Below, in pieces: positions 49,196 through 59,453 of a DNA stretch of 64,000 nt; the first letter of the stretch is position 1, and every line of letters begins with the position of its first letter. Where the stretch lies: contig JBAXQJ010000004.1 of the NCBI GenBank assembly GCA_037131755.1, forward strand, positions 1,094 to 65,093, read 5' to 3'. Source of the stretch: a bacterium. Lineage in GTDB: Bacteria; Patescibacteriota; Minisyncoccia; Phycocordibacterales; GWA1-40-21. The position numbers were made by a program, and so were the translations under genes. The notes below the pieces were generated by a model, which made no database searches, was not told where the DNA came from, and saw only the letters and a program-made list of their open reading frames with translations.

Positions 49196-49230
49196 GGCGG
49201 GCCATCAGATGGCTCGCCGTATTTTTTTAT
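49196..49230 (+). terminator. rho-independent terminator
   Basis: ggcgggccatc-a-gatggctcgcc stem (one G-U) followed by TATTTTTTTAT. Confidence 0.55.
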
Positions 49231-49235
49231 AAAAA

Positions 49236-49661
49236 TTAATTCAAATCAATCGCCTGCGACAAAGGGAAACCTTTACTCACCCGGCAGGCAAAATCCGCAA
49301 TGTATTCGGCTTGGTCGCTCGCCATCGCAGTTCGCTGTTTCCCGACAACCATCAAAGCAATCTGATTGTGCAACTCCCTTCTCGCCGGATCAGACCCTGG
49401 TAGTCTAGATAATTCCGGATTGATGACAATATTTATGTATTTTTCACAAGTCTTGAACAACCGCTCTTCCACCGGTGAACCCTCTTTGGGCGGATTACCC
49501 TTGAAACCAAATTTTTTCCAGAGAATTTTCAACCTCTCGCTTCTTTCCGTTGACTCATTTTTTGTCAAAACCTTTTCCGCTTCAAAAGACGTCTCCGCTT
49601 TGGGCAATTCGCTCTTATCGACGTAAGCTTCCGGATCAAAAAAGTTACCTTCAAAATTCAT
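49236..49661 (-). CDS. hypothetical protein
   Basis: 141-aa ORF; no recognisable domain. Confidence 0.5.
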   Translation of the reverse strand: MNFEGNFFDPEAYVDKSELPKAETSFEAEKVLTKNESTERSERLKILWKKFGFKGNPPKEGSPVEERLFKTCEKYINIVINPELSRLPGSDPARRELHNQIALMVVGKQRTAMASDQAEYIADFACRVSKGFPLSQAIDLN

Positions 49662-49755
49662 AGACTCAGTATAACACCAAAAATGATAAAAAATAATTGA
49701 CTAATGCAAAATCATAAGTTACTTTGTTAAGAGATAAACAACAAAGGGGGAAATA

Positions 49756-50058
49756 ATGCCAGAAATTCATCCGAAAGATCTTTATGCCTTTGATTTGGAT
49801 TGTCGCCGAATCAATCCCGAATTACACAGGAAGTTCAAAGAAACCGTCCTGGCCGCCATTCAAACCGACGAAGCCAGACTGGTCTTTTTGCGAGAGTTGG
49901 TCAGTTCCAACCCGTCAACCGGGTCAAAAATAGTTTTTGATGGGCACAAGCAGGCTTTCAAGAAACAGAAAGCGATCCTAAAAATTGCCTGTGATTTCCA
50001 TAAGGTTAAGATGCCGGATTTCTCCTATTTGGAGATACTGGCCTGGAAAGCGATGTAA
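49756..50058 (+). CDS. hypothetical protein
   Basis: 100 aa; AAAGGGGGA RBS; followed by a terminator. Confidence 0.5.
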   Translation: MPEIHPKDLYAFDLDCRRINPELHRKFKETVLAAIQTDEARLVFLRELVSSNPSTGSKIVFDGHKQAFKKQKAILKIACDFHKVKMPDFSYLEILAWKAM

Positions 50059-50076
50059 CGGCAACGAACAAGTGAG

Positions 50077-50107
50077 TGCTCGAAAACCTCGAGCATTTAT
50101 TTTTTTG
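50077..50107 (+). terminator. rho-independent terminator
   Basis: tgctcga-aaacc-tcgagca followed by TTTATTTTTTT. Confidence 0.65.
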
Positions 50108-51623
50108 CCAAATTTTCCCGAAGAATGACCAGGCCATAGAAGACATAGATGAAGATCAACAAAGATAAGCTAAAATTAGTTACTTGTAAAATTGCAAAAG
50201 GTAAATGGGCGAAAAAACCGATGACTTTTAGCATATAAATGAGCAACCAGTAGCTGATAAAAGCGACTGGCAAAGCCAAGATCGGCGAGATAAAAGCTAA
50301 AGATCCGGTCAAAAAACCGGCAAGCATCACGGTTGGGATTAGAGGCAAAATTAATAAGTTGGCCGGCAAAGAAACCAGGGACAGGACGCCCATCTTGTAA
50401 AGCAAGAAAGGCAAAACAAAGATTTGCGTGGCAATCGTCGCCATAATCAGCTCACGAAGCTGAAACTTGGCCGTGATAAAGCCCAACCTCTTTTCAACGA
50501 TTGGCGAAACAAAAATCAAAGCCAGGGTGGCCATAAATGACAACTGAAACGAAGTGTCAAAAACCAGAATTTTCGGGTTTTGAATAAGCATAAAAACGCC
50601 AGCCACGAGAAGAGCGCGAGTGATGTCATAAGTCCGGGCCGTCGCCTTTGACAAAATGACGAGCAGAGCCATCACCGAAGCCCGGATTACCGTCGCCGAA
50701 CCGCCGGTCATCAAAGCAAAAAGCAGTATTCCGATGGCGCCAAAAGACATCGAAATTGCCCGCGGGAGAAAAGCAAAAAACGCCATAATTCCTTCGGCGA
50801 CGATTGTGATGTTGTAGCCGGACAAGGCGACAATATGGATCACGCCGGCGTTCCGAAAATCATTTTGCAAATCTTTGGGAAAGGAACTTTTTGCCCCCAA
50901 GAGCAGGCCGCCCAAAAAAGTCGACTCCGGCTCGCTAATCAAATTATTAATCTTCGTCATAAAGGCGTTTTTGATTTTAAACATCAATCCCTTGATATAA
51001 CTCCCCTGCCCGCCTTCAAGGTATTTTATTTGCGCAAAACTGACCTGGTAATAAATATCGTCTTTCGCCAAGTAGCTTTCGTAGTCAAAAACCTTGTCAC
51101 TGGTAGTAGAAAAATTTTCCACCATCTGTAATTCACCGCTTACCGCCAACCGGTCGCCGTATTGGTATTCCGGAATCAACCCCGTTCTGACCAAAATCTT
51201 CCCGGAAATTTCTTTACCATCTCCGTCCGCCAGTATTTTTTCAGCGGAAATGACTAGTTGAGTGCCATTTTCTTTGACATTCGGCTCGTCAGAAACCACT
51301 CCAACGATTTGTATCTTTTGATCGGCATATTCCGTAAAATTATTATCTGAACGGCCCAGATCTTTTATCTCATAACGCAAGATACCCAAAGCAAGAAACA
51401 TGATAAATAGGCCGATCAGAACCAAGGACGGTTTTCGGGAGCCGCTCCCGAAAACCGTCCTTGGTGATTCGCCGACTGATATGAATTTAACGTAGGCAAG
51501 AACAGCTGCGGACAAAAGGCATAATAAAAGAAAAAATGAAAAGCCAAATTTCGTAAACGAGCTAGCAAAAATACCGAGCGCAAACCCGGCAATGGCCGTG
51601 TAAAAAAATGATTGATTTCCCAT
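50097..51623 (-). CDS. comEC: ComEC/Rec2-like competence membrane channel (N-terminal plus competence domains, no MBL domain)
   Basis: 508 aa; about 10 TM helices; architecture and hydropathy typical of the ComEC core. The MBL domain is encoded separately at 48008-48913. Confidence 0.6.
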   Translation of the reverse strand: MGNQSFFYTAIAGFALGIFASSFTKFGFSFFLLLCLLSAAVLAYVKFISVGESPRTVFGSGSRKPSLVLIGLFIMFLALGILRYEIKDLGRSDNNFTEYADQKIQIVGVVSDEPNVKENGTQLVISAEKILADGDGKEISGKILVRTGLIPEYQYGDRLAVSGELQMVENFSTTSDKVFDYESYLAKDDIYYQVSFAQIKYLEGGQGSYIKGLMFKIKNAFMTKINNLISEPESTFLGGLLLGAKSSFPKDLQNDFRNAGVIHIVALSGYNITIVAEGIMAFFAFLPRAISMSFGAIGILLFALMTGGSATVIRASVMALLVILSKATARTYDITRALLVAGVFMLIQNPKILVFDTSFQLSFMATLALIFVSPIVEKRLGFITAKFQLRELIMATIATQIFVLPFLLYKMGVLSLVSLPANLLILPLIPTVMLAGFLTGSLAFISPILALPVAFISYWLLIYMLKVIGFFAHLPFAILQVTNFSLSLLIFIYVFYGLVILRENLAKK

Positions 51624-51722
51624 AATATCAAATATAGCTGTGTCATTCCCGCGCAGACAGGAATCCAGTTCTGATTTTTCTGGATCCCCGCATTCGCGAG
51701 GATGACAGATAAAAATACAAGA

Positions 51723-52433
51723 TTATGCCCTCCAGCTCTTGATTATTTCTTCCTCATTCTCCGGCGAAACAGATTTCTGAAATTTTACCCCCTTGACCCC
51801 CTTCACTCTCCTTTCACATTCCGCCCAGGTCGCATCCTTATAGACTACCCCGCCAACCAGACTCACGTAGGAATAGGCTTTGGCATTGGAATTGGTTTTT
51901 TTGATTTTTTTCACGGTATCATGACCGACGTTATGAATATCGATTTTGTAATCAGAGATTTTCCCAGCAAATAATTTTACTTTCTCACCGAGAGCCAAAC
52001 CCGAAGCAATCTCGTCACAGCGTTCATTGCCAGCCACGCCAATATGCCCGCCGACATAATTCCATTTTATCTTTTTCCCTTGAGCCGCTGTCGCCAATTT
52101 TTCCCACAAATCGCGATTGGAAACATCCTCTTTGTTTTTCGTTTGCCAGCCGTTTTTCTGCCAGCCAAAAACCCACCCCGTCATGCCGTTGATCACGTAT
52201 TTAGAATCCGTATTAACTACGATGTTTTCCTTTACCCCTTGTTTATCAACCAAACTCAAGGCTTCCAGCGCTCCGGTCAATTCCATCCGATTATTGGTCG
52301 TATGCTTGTCGAATCCCCCCAGTTCCACCACCCGATCACCCACGACCACGATCGCTCCCCACCCGCCAGGACCGGGATTACCTTTGGAGGCACCGTCAGA
52401 GAAAATAATTACTTTATCAGTCATAAACGACAT
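51723..52433 (-). CDS. rnhA: ribonuclease HI with C-terminal hybrid-binding (HBD/viroplasmin-like) domain
   Basis: RNase H catalytic residues (FSDGASKGNPGPGGWG, ...E..., ...D..., HIGVAGNERCD); C-terminal AYSYVSLVGGVVYKDATWAECERRVKGVKGVKFQKSV matches the HBD consensus. Confidence 0.8.
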   Translation of the reverse strand: MSFMTDKVIIFSDGASKGNPGPGGWGAIVVVGDRVVELGGFDKHTTNNRMELTGALEALSLVDKQGVKENIVVNTDSKYVINGMTGWVFGWQKNGWQTKNKEDVSNRDLWEKLATAAQGKKIKWNYVGGHIGVAGNERCDEIASGLALGEKVKLFAGKISDYKIDIHNVGHDTVKKIKKTNSNAKAYSYVSLVGGVVYKDATWAECERRVKGVKGVKFQKSVSPENEEEIIKSWRA

Positions 52434-52511
52434 TATAGCCTAATTTTAAAACAAAAAGAAAGGCGGCCTCGTAGTAGAGGTCGCCTTGTGAGACTTGCGT
52501 CTCGTTTCGGG

Positions 52512-53228
52512 TCAGAACTTGCGGGAAATATCTGCTCCCCAGACAAGCTGTTCGCCCCGTGATGCATCATCCTGAAGCGGTGCCGTGAACTGGAGGCTCA
52601 ACACCTTTACGGTCCACAGTCCTCGCTGCAAGCTGAGATCGGAAGATCCACCCAAGATCCAGTTCGGAGTTCCATTGTATGTGCCGTCGTCTTTGGTCAG
52701 ACCAACATCACAATTCAACGAAGCTCCACCACCCAGGTCCCAGGATTCACGGTGTCCGACGGTGACGTACGTTCCGCAATCATAACTGCTACCACCTGTC
52801 GGCAGTGCCAGTTCGACTCGGACATAACAGACGTTGCCGCCGATTTCCCAGTGAGGAGCAAAGATGCTGTCGGACCATTTCCGGAACGTATTGGAAAAGT
52901 CATAATAACTTATCCCCACGTCCGTAGAAAATCCGTTGATCTTGCCCGCCCAGCCGTAGCAGATGTCGGTCTCATTTCCCGCGTCCGTATTCAGGCCAGT
53001 GGAGTTCCACAGGCCGAAATAGACGGAACCGTCTTCGATAGGCGAAGGCAGTTTTTTCTCAGTCGTGAAATTGATCCCCGACTGAACCGCCGGACCGTCC
53101 GTAAAGACTGTCCCCGACTGCTTGCCAACGTACTTGCTGACAAAGCCGGAGTTCACCGACAAGTCAGAACCGTAGCTGGAAACCGACGCCAACACCGCAA
53201 ACACCAAACCCAACATCGTTTTTTTCAT
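52512..53228 (-). CDS. secreted beta-rich hypothetical protein (possible beta-barrel; C-terminal Phe)
   Basis: 238 aa; signal peptide MKKTMLGLVFAVLASVSS; alternating hydrophobic pattern; terminal ...ISRKF. Confidence 0.5.
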   Translation of the reverse strand: MKKTMLGLVFAVLASVSSYGSDLSVNSGFVSKYVGKQSGTVFTDGPAVQSGINFTTEKKLPSPIEDGSVYFGLWNSTGLNTDAGNETDICYGWAGKINGFSTDVGISYYDFSNTFRKWSDSIFAPHWEIGGNVCYVRVELALPTGGSSYDCGTYVTVGHRESWDLGGGASLNCDVGLTKDDGTYNGTPNWILGGSSDLSLQRGLWTVKVLSLQFTAPLQDDASRGEQLVWGADISRKF

Positions 53229-53346
53229 CTTTTATCCTTCTCTATTTTTCTGTCCGCCAGCACACTATGTGCCAGCAAGGAACTTTTATACCCTCAATTA
53301 TAGCATAATATATAGCCTTTTGTCAAGCAATAATTCCGCCAAGCTT

Positions 53347-53373
53347 CTATACCAAGGCTAAACCTTGGTATAG
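53347..53373. repeat. palindromic repeat element copy
   Basis: ctataccaaggctaaaccttggtatag, identical to 12348-12374. Confidence 0.7.
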
Positions 53374-53414
53374 TGGCTTAAAATATGAGTTTCTGGAAGA
53401 TTGTCCTTGGGATT

Positions 53415-55205
53415 TTAGGAAATATCGACAATCCGGAGACGGAGTTCGTCGAAACCACGGAAAGTCGACTTTTCAAAGTTGGCTAGGAGGCTTATTTTAT
53501 CACCCTTTTTAAGTTCCCCCTCTCCCACTTCGCCAGGCCTTCCGGGGACAGGCCAACCAGTAGCTTTCATAAAAAATCCAATGGCTTTTACCGGTCGTCC
53601 TTTTGAATTATTAAAAGTCAGTTCTAAATGATTATTCTCCTTGCCGAAGATCTTTACGTTTTCTATGATTGACCCTTCAAACAAAAACAAGGGTTTGGGA
53701 TTGCCGGTACCAAACGGCGCCAGTTTTTCGATCAATTTGTAATTATCTCGCGTCACGTCATCAAAAGTAATCTCAGCATCAGCTAATACTTCCTCTTTGA
53801 TAATAGTTCCTTTCAAAATCACTTTTTCGTAAGCGAGCTGCAATTTCTCTTCCAGCAAATGCACTTTTTCCTGCACAACGGCAAAACCGCCAGACATGCT
53901 GTGGCCGCCAAACTCGATAAATATTCCCGTCTCGACTTCGTTCATCAAATCCAAAGTACTGACACAGCCATCGCCCCGACAGGAACCTTTTAAAATATTT
54001 CCGCCGTCACGGCCCCACAAAAAAACCGGCCGGTTGTGATCATCCACCAGAGAATTCGCCACGAGTCCCAGAAGCGACGGCTTCCACTCGGGATTGCCGA
54101 TCACAACCACTTTGTGATCGAAACCGTCATCATAACGCTTCTTCATTATCTTTCGAACCTCTTTGACGATGCTCGCAACCGTCCCCTTTCTTTCATTATT
54201 TATATGATCCAGGTGTTTGGCACAAACGTCCGCTTCCGCATCGGTTTCGGCAACAAAAAGCCTGAAGGCATCTTCCGGACTGCCCATCCGGGAAGCGGCA
54301 TTGATCCGCGGTGAAATGGAAAAGCCGACATCGTCTTCGGTGATTTGCTTTTGATCGATTTTCAATAAGCGCAATAATTTCAGCAAGCCCAAACGCGGAC
54401 TTTTGCGCAACACTTTCAGACCATAATAAGCCAAGGCTCGATTTTCGCCGACCAAAGGAACCATATCCGACAAAGTCGCAATACCGACCATATCCAGCAA
54501 CCATTTTTCCATGCCTTCCTTCAGGCCAAAATCTTTTTTCTTTAGAATAGCCTGTACCAGCTTGAAAGCAACGCCGGCCCCGCACAATTCCCTAAAAGGG
54601 TACCTGGAATCTGATCTTTTGGTATCAATGACCGCGACGCAGTTGGGAATATTTTCTATTCGCTCGTCCGGACAACTTTTGTCAGAACAAATACTGACGG
54701 GCATATGATGATCGGTGATGATTACCTCGATACCCTGTTCCTTAGCTCGAATGACTTCCTCAATGTCGGCGATACCGCAATCGACAGTGATGACCAGCCT
54801 TACTCCGACTCCTTTCAGTTTTTCAACCGCTTCATGGTTCAGGCCGAAACCCTCCAAGTGCCGATGCGGGATGTAATTGATAAAATTTTCATAACCAATT
54901 TTTTTAAAAAAATCATGCAAAATGACTCCGCCGGGAATGCCGTCGGCATCATAGTCGCTGTAAATGGCAATTTTCTCGTCTCCGGCAATGGCGTTTAAGA
55001 TCCTTTCCACGGCCTTATCCATATCTGGCAAAAGAAAAGGGTCATTCAAATCCCTTTCATAATCGGGCTGCAAAAAAGCTTCGGCAGCCTCTCGGGTTTC
55101 AATCCCCCGATTCAAAAGCAATCGCTTAAGCAATTCCGGATAGCCGGCCAGTTTCTCCAAGTCTTTTTCGTCCCGTTTTTTGCTCAAAAAAGTCATTGGT
55201 TTCAT
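53415..55205 (-). CDS. recJ: single-stranded-DNA-specific exonuclease RecJ
   Basis: 596 aa; DHH motifs (DYDADG, ITDHH); DHHA1 and OB-fold C-terminus. Confidence 0.85.
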   Translation of the reverse strand: MKPMTFLSKKRDEKDLEKLAGYPELLKRLLLNRGIETREAAEAFLQPDYERDLNDPFLLPDMDKAVERILNAIAGDEKIAIYSDYDADGIPGGVILHDFFKKIGYENFINYIPHRHLEGFGLNHEAVEKLKGVGVRLVITVDCGIADIEEVIRAKEQGIEVIITDHHMPVSICSDKSCPDERIENIPNCVAVIDTKRSDSRYPFRELCGAGVAFKLVQAILKKKDFGLKEGMEKWLLDMVGIATLSDMVPLVGENRALAYYGLKVLRKSPRLGLLKLLRLLKIDQKQITEDDVGFSISPRINAASRMGSPEDAFRLFVAETDAEADVCAKHLDHINNERKGTVASIVKEVRKIMKKRYDDGFDHKVVVIGNPEWKPSLLGLVANSLVDDHNRPVFLWGRDGGNILKGSCRGDGCVSTLDLMNEVETGIFIEFGGHSMSGGFAVVQEKVHLLEEKLQLAYEKVILKGTIIKEEVLADAEITFDDVTRDNYKLIEKLAPFGTGNPKPLFLFEGSIIENVKIFGKENNHLELTFNNSKGRPVKAIGFFMKATGWPVPGRPGEVGEGELKKGDKISLLANFEKSTFRGFDELRLRIVDIS

Positions 55206-55609
55206 TATACCAAATCTGGCAAAAATGTTATTATTTAGCGATGAAAGACAATAATTGTATTTTTTGCAAAATAGTCAGCAAGGAAATTCCAGCCAATATC
55301 GTCTATGAAGACGACAAATTCCTGGCTTTCTTGGATATCAATCCCCGCTCGCCCGGCCACACTCAGGTAATTCCCAAGGACCATTATCGCTGGGTCTGGG
55401 ACATACCAAATGCCGGCGAATATTTCGAGGTAGCAAAAAAGATTGCCCTGGCTCAAAAGAAAGCTTTTAATACCGAATCCGTCTGGAGTCGGATCAATGG
55501 CGAAGAAATACCGCACGCCCATATTTGGATTTTCCCGGCCGATGGCACGCCCGGCGACAAAAAAGATTTTGCAGAAAATCTGGCCAAAATCAAAACCGCC
55601 CTGGACTAG
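55196..55609 (+). CDS. HIT family hydrolase
   Basis: 137 aa; CIFCKI...; histidine triad [10 protein letters not shown]. Confidence 0.75.
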   Translation: MVSLYQIWQKCYYLAMKDNNCIFCKIVSKEIPANIVYEDDKFLAFLDINPRSPGHTQVIPKDHYRWVWDIPNAGEYFEVAKKIALAQKKAFNTESVWSRINGEEIPHAHIWIFPADGTPGDKKDFAENLAKIKTALD

Positions 55610-55666
55610 GGGCGGTTTTTCGATACAGAGGGGAATCAAAAATTTCTTCTCTTGGAGATAAAAAGG

Positions 55667-56434
55667 CTACAAGCTATCCACCGACTTTAACAATTGTGAA
55701 AACTTATCGGTCTGACGGCTTTCGTGGCCAACCAGAAGACCTTGAATTTCTCCGCCTCTCACGATATCGACGGCATTATTTTTGCTGACTGAGCCACCGT
55801 AAAGAATTGGAATGTCGATGATGGCTTTGTGGGTGTAGATCTCGCTCAACACCTTTTTAATAAAGATGGTGGTCGTATGGACATCTTCCGGCTTCATCGC
55901 CTCATCATCGCTCTTGCCGATCGCCCAGACCGGTTCGTAAGCGACGACTAGCTTTGCCAGATATCTTTTTTGCAATTTGCCCAAGGAATTTACTATCTGG
56001 GCCCGCAAAAGGTGCAAATATTCACCGTGGTCATCGCGGGATTTTTCCCCGACACATAAGACAACCCGCAAACCGGCTTTCAAGGCCGTGCTGATTTTCT
56101 TGGCGACCATCTCGTCCGTTTCGCCAAGCTCACGCCTCTCCGAATGGCCGATGATTACATAGCCTTCGCCTTCTTTCTTAAGCATGGTCGGACTGATTTC
56201 ACCAGTAAAAGATCCGCTCTTCTCCCAGAAGACGTCCTGGGCGCCCAAGATTACTCCGCCGTTGCTGATTTTTTCCAAATCAGACAAGTAGACGAACGGC
56301 GGACAAATCACAACATTGGTATTTTTTAAGTCTTTGGCGGTTTTTTGCGTGTCACGAAAAATTTCTTTGGCTTTTTCAACCGTTTCGGGGTTCATCTTCC
56401 AGTTGGCGACAATTAACTTCTTGTTCTTTTTCAT
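55667..56434 (-). CDS. tpiA: triosephosphate isomerase
   Basis: VANWKMN, IGHSERR, AYEPVWAIG, ILYGGSV motifs. Confidence 0.9.
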   Translation of the reverse strand: MKKNKKLIVANWKMNPETVEKAKEIFRDTQKTAKDLKNTNVVICPPFVYLSDLEKISNGGVILGAQDVFWEKSGSFTGEISPTMLKKEGEGYVIIGHSERRELGETDEMVAKKISTALKAGLRVVLCVGEKSRDDHGEYLHLLRAQIVNSLGKLQKRYLAKLVVAYEPVWAIGKSDDEAMKPEDVHTTTIFIKKVLSEIYTHKAIIDIPILYGGSVSKNNAVDIVRGGEIQGLLVGHESRQTDKFSQLLKSVDSL

Positions 56435-56502
56435 CCGACAATTATATCACAGCTGCAGGAGTTTTTTCCATCACCGCAAAAAACCGGACGTGAAAATTTA
56501 GA

Positions 56503-57789
56503 TTACTCCGTTTCCTTGTATTTAGTCACCGTATAACCACCAGCGGGACCGGTGACGAAATTAGGATTAATCAAACCAGTATCATAATCTATTACCGTCG
56601 AGCCAGGCATGATTATTTTATTTGCCGTCGCCTCCTTGGCGTGAGCGCTGCCACTAAAATATAATGTGCCTTTTTGCGCATTCAGAACGACTGCTCCGAC
56701 TGAACCACTGATCTTGATCGCATACTCACCACCACAAGCTGTTCCATCACAAGTGCTGTTCGTCGCCATTAAGATGAAGCTGCCGGCACTGCCAGTTCCT
56801 TGGACGGAAGCGCTGCCACCAATCTCCACTCGACCGTCAGACACAATAATGCCGGCATTAGATCCGTAAGTGGAACTTAATTTTATTTTAGCTGAACCAT
56901 CAACAATAATTTTTCCTTTAACATACAAAGTACCAGTCATGGTCAGCTCTCCGCTGCCACCCACATTCAAGTCGCCGGTAATCACTTTTGGACCAAGCGA
57001 TACTTTGTCATTTCCGCCAACGCTGTAATTACCGGTGTAGGTACCGCCAAGCAAGGCATCGGCCTTCCAGTCAGCGATCTTATCATCAGGAACCGGCATA
57101 TCTACCAAAGCTGGATCAGCGCTAGAAATACAACTTTTATTATTATAAGTACCAGACTGACATTTTATCAGACCAGCCGCATTGGTATAATTTACGGTAT
57201 GGGCCCAAGCATCTCCCACCCCGCCAGTTCCGACCGTAAAACGATTCCATTGGCCCTCTCCAGTTATAAGACCGCTTGGTCCGGCCGAGATGGCCGTTCC
57301 GGTAATAACACAGCTACTGCATCCGTTGATTGATCCGCTAGAATAAACACTGCCATTGACTCGGGAACTGCCAGTCATCACAAAACCGCCATTTCCCACC
57401 TGGATGCCATAACTGAAAGACACTCCTTCACCAGCGGTCACTTTCGTCTCCAAATTCCTAAAATAATTGGAATTGTTCCCGATCGAAGTGATGATTTTTC
57501 CGCCCAAATCATCCAAAATAGTAGTAGTCGCAAACAAATTATCCAAAGACACCAAATTCGTGCCGCCAAAACGGAGATTATTTTTTACGCGGTAAACCGA
57601 ATCACCAAGAGCCGAGTCGGACAGATAAAAAGACCGCTTGGAATTAAACAAATCTGAAGAATTTTTTATATTCCTAACAGTCGGACCGATCAGGCCGGAA
57701 ATGATCAAGGCCGATACCGCAACAAACAGAACCAGAGTGATAATCATCACCTGGCCACGATTATTTGTTTTTTTTCTCAAGGAATTCAT
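56503..57789 (-). CDS. large pilin/pseudopilin-like protein (N-terminal TM anchor, Gly/Ser/Thr-rich beta region)
   Basis: 428 aa; N-terminal RGQVMIITLVLFVAVSALIISGL; located in the pilin cluster. Confidence 0.5.
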   Translation of the reverse strand: MNSLRKKTNNRGQVMIITLVLFVAVSALIISGLIGPTVRNIKNSSDLFNSKRSFYLSDSALGDSVYRVKNNLRFGGTNLVSLDNLFATTTILDDLGGKIITSIGNNSNYFRNLETKVTAGEGVSFSYGIQVGNGGFVMTGSSRVNGSVYSSGSINGCSSCVITGTAISAGPSGLITGEGQWNRFTVGTGGVGDAWAHTVNYTNAAGLIKCQSGTYNNKSCISSADPALVDMPVPDDKIADWKADALLGGTYTGNYSVGGNDKVSLGPKVITGDLNVGGSGELTMTGTLYVKGKIIVDGSAKIKLSSTYGSNAGIIVSDGRVEIGGSASVQGTGSAGSFILMATNSTCDGTACGGEYAIKISGSVGAVVLNAQKGTLYFSGSAHAKEATANKIIMPGSTVIDYDTGLINPNFVTGPAGGYTVTKYKETE

Positions 57790-57796
57790 TTTTTAC

Positions 57797-58318
57797 TTAA
57801 TTATTCAGACGCAAAGTTATCGAATCATAAAATTTTTCGGCTTTCTGGTAAGTGCTTGTCCCGGCCATCAAATCCAATTCCATTTTAATCAAAGTAGAGG
57901 TGGAAGTCGTCGCGATATTGAAAATCAAAGCGGTCGAGGTGGCACTATTGGTCATCAGCGGGCCAAAATACAGGCCATCAATATCCATTTTGACCTGGCC
58001 GGAATTCTGATAAAACTTGGTCACGTGAGGCACATCAGAAACATCGACGGTATTCAACTGCAAGACTCCACTCGAGGTGGCAAAGGTGCTGCTCGCAACA
58101 TTTACGCTAATCGCTTCTCGTGTCTCCTTGGTAATCCTTTCAAAAACGGAAACGGCATTTGTCGACAAGCCACTCAAGACGGCAACATTTCGATTCGTTT
58201 TTTGTATCGCAAACAGCAGGTCGATAATGCCGGCACTAATCAAGATGAAAATCGCCAAATAAATGAGAGTTTCGATCAGAGTAAATCCGGAGTTTGTTTT
58301 TTTGTTCAGCTTGATCAT
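57797..58318 (-). CDS. type IV pilin-like protein (prepilin N-terminal motif)
   Basis: GFTLIETLIYLAIFILIS class III signal/N-methylation motif. Confidence 0.65.
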   Translation of the reverse strand: MIKLNKKTNSGFTLIETLIYLAIFILISAGIIDLLFAIQKTNRNVAVLSGLSTNAVSVFERITKETREAISVNVASSTFATSSGVLQLNTVDVSDVPHVTKFYQNSGQVKMDIDGLYFGPLMTNSATSTALIFNIATTSTSTLIKMELDLMAGTSTYQKAEKFYDSITLRLNN

Positions 58319-58788
58319 GGTTTTGTTATATAAGCGGAGATCGACTTCGTGGTGGTGCTGCCAGCGTCTGACCAGGTTACCAAAACGGAAACCTTTTTGG
58401 TGTTTTGATCGAGCGAACCGCCAGTCGAAACGATGTTGTCGTTGCCATCCCGATTGACGCTGCTCACCACAAAAGCCCGCTGATAAGCATTGTCAATCAA
58501 AGCGCTTGTCGTCGTTGCCTGCCAGGTGGTACCCGTCCATCGGAAATAATACGAAGTGGCGCCGGCCGCGGGGAAATTAGTCCAATCAGAATTCTTTAAG
58601 AAAATTACTGCTTCCTGGCCTTCTTCCAAGAGATAGGTGGCTTTCACGCTCTTGAGGCTGGCAGCGGCTGTCTTGTAATAAATCGAATTGGCACTGATCA
58701 AAATGACAAAAACCAAAAGGACGACCGCCGAAGCAACAATGACTTCCGCCAGACTCATCCCTCTTTTGTCAGATTTTAAATATTTCAT
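58315..58788 (-). CDS. type IV pilin/pseudopilin-like protein
   Basis: RGMSLAEVIVASAVVLLVFVIL prepilin-like N-terminus. Confidence 0.6.
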   Translation of the reverse strand: MKYLKSDKRGMSLAEVIVASAVVLLVFVILISANSIYYKTAAASLKSVKATYLLEEGQEAVIFLKNSDWTNFPAAGATSYYFRWTGTTWQATTTSALIDNAYQRAFVVSSVNRDGNDNIVSTGGSLDQNTKKVSVLVTWSDAGSTTTKSISAYITKP

Positions 58789-58792
58789 ACGA

Positions 58793-59269
58793 TTAATATT
58801 GGATCACGCCCGTCTGAAAGACCGTCAGGGATTTTAGGCTTGAAGTGCTGGAAACCAAGACTAGTGAGACGGTCCCGGTCGCGCTGGCATAGCCAGTAAT
58901 TTTATTAAAGACGATATTGGACGTTCCCCCAGTCAGAGAAATGCCGGAAATTTTTGTTCGCGCGTTCAAATAATAAGTTTCCAGCGAGGAAGTGGCCGAG
59001 TAGCTTGGCCCGCTGAATAGGGTGGCGGAAGTCGAGGCAAAATGAACGCCAAAACTGCTGTCGTTCTTTGAATTCATCGACATGGACCGGGAACGTTCCG
59101 TGAGAGCGACGACCGATGAAAAGTCTTTGCTCAAGCTTTGGCTGGATAGGAGATTATAAAAAGCAAAGATCACCAGCGAAGCCATAACAATGCTAATGGC
59201 GATAATGACCAGCAATTCAATCAGAGTAAAACCAGAAAGTGATTTTTGACTAGTGAGACTTTTTTTCAT
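58793..59269 (-). CDS. type IV pilin-like protein
   Basis: SGFTLIELLVIIAISIVMASL prepilin motif. Confidence 0.65.
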   Translation of the reverse strand: MKKSLTSQKSLSGFTLIELLVIIAISIVMASLVIFAFYNLLSSQSLSKDFSSVVALTERSRSMSMNSKNDSSFGVHFASTSATLFSGPSYSATSSLETYYLNARTKISGISLTGGTSNIVFNKITGYASATGTVSLVLVSSTSSLKSLTVFQTGVIQY

Positions 59270-59453
59270 TTATCTTATTATACAAAAAAACCCAGAACTA
59301 AGCGAGGGCAAGAGTAGCTTCTTAGCTGGTAGCTTGTAGGAAGATAATTTTAATACATTATGAGTCTGTTCATTTTGCGTGTTAACGGAGCCGGCTTAGA
59401 AAATTAAAGAGGTTTTTAATAAAACAAAGCATTAGATACACCGTTCTCAATTA

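Noticed and set aside
48714-49408. Overlapping ORFs 48714-49205, 48920-49408 and 48952-49191 around the small gene 48957-49178
   Set aside because: They are mutually overlapping frames in a short spacer. Only the 73-aa plus-strand ORF has a clear RBS and terminator.
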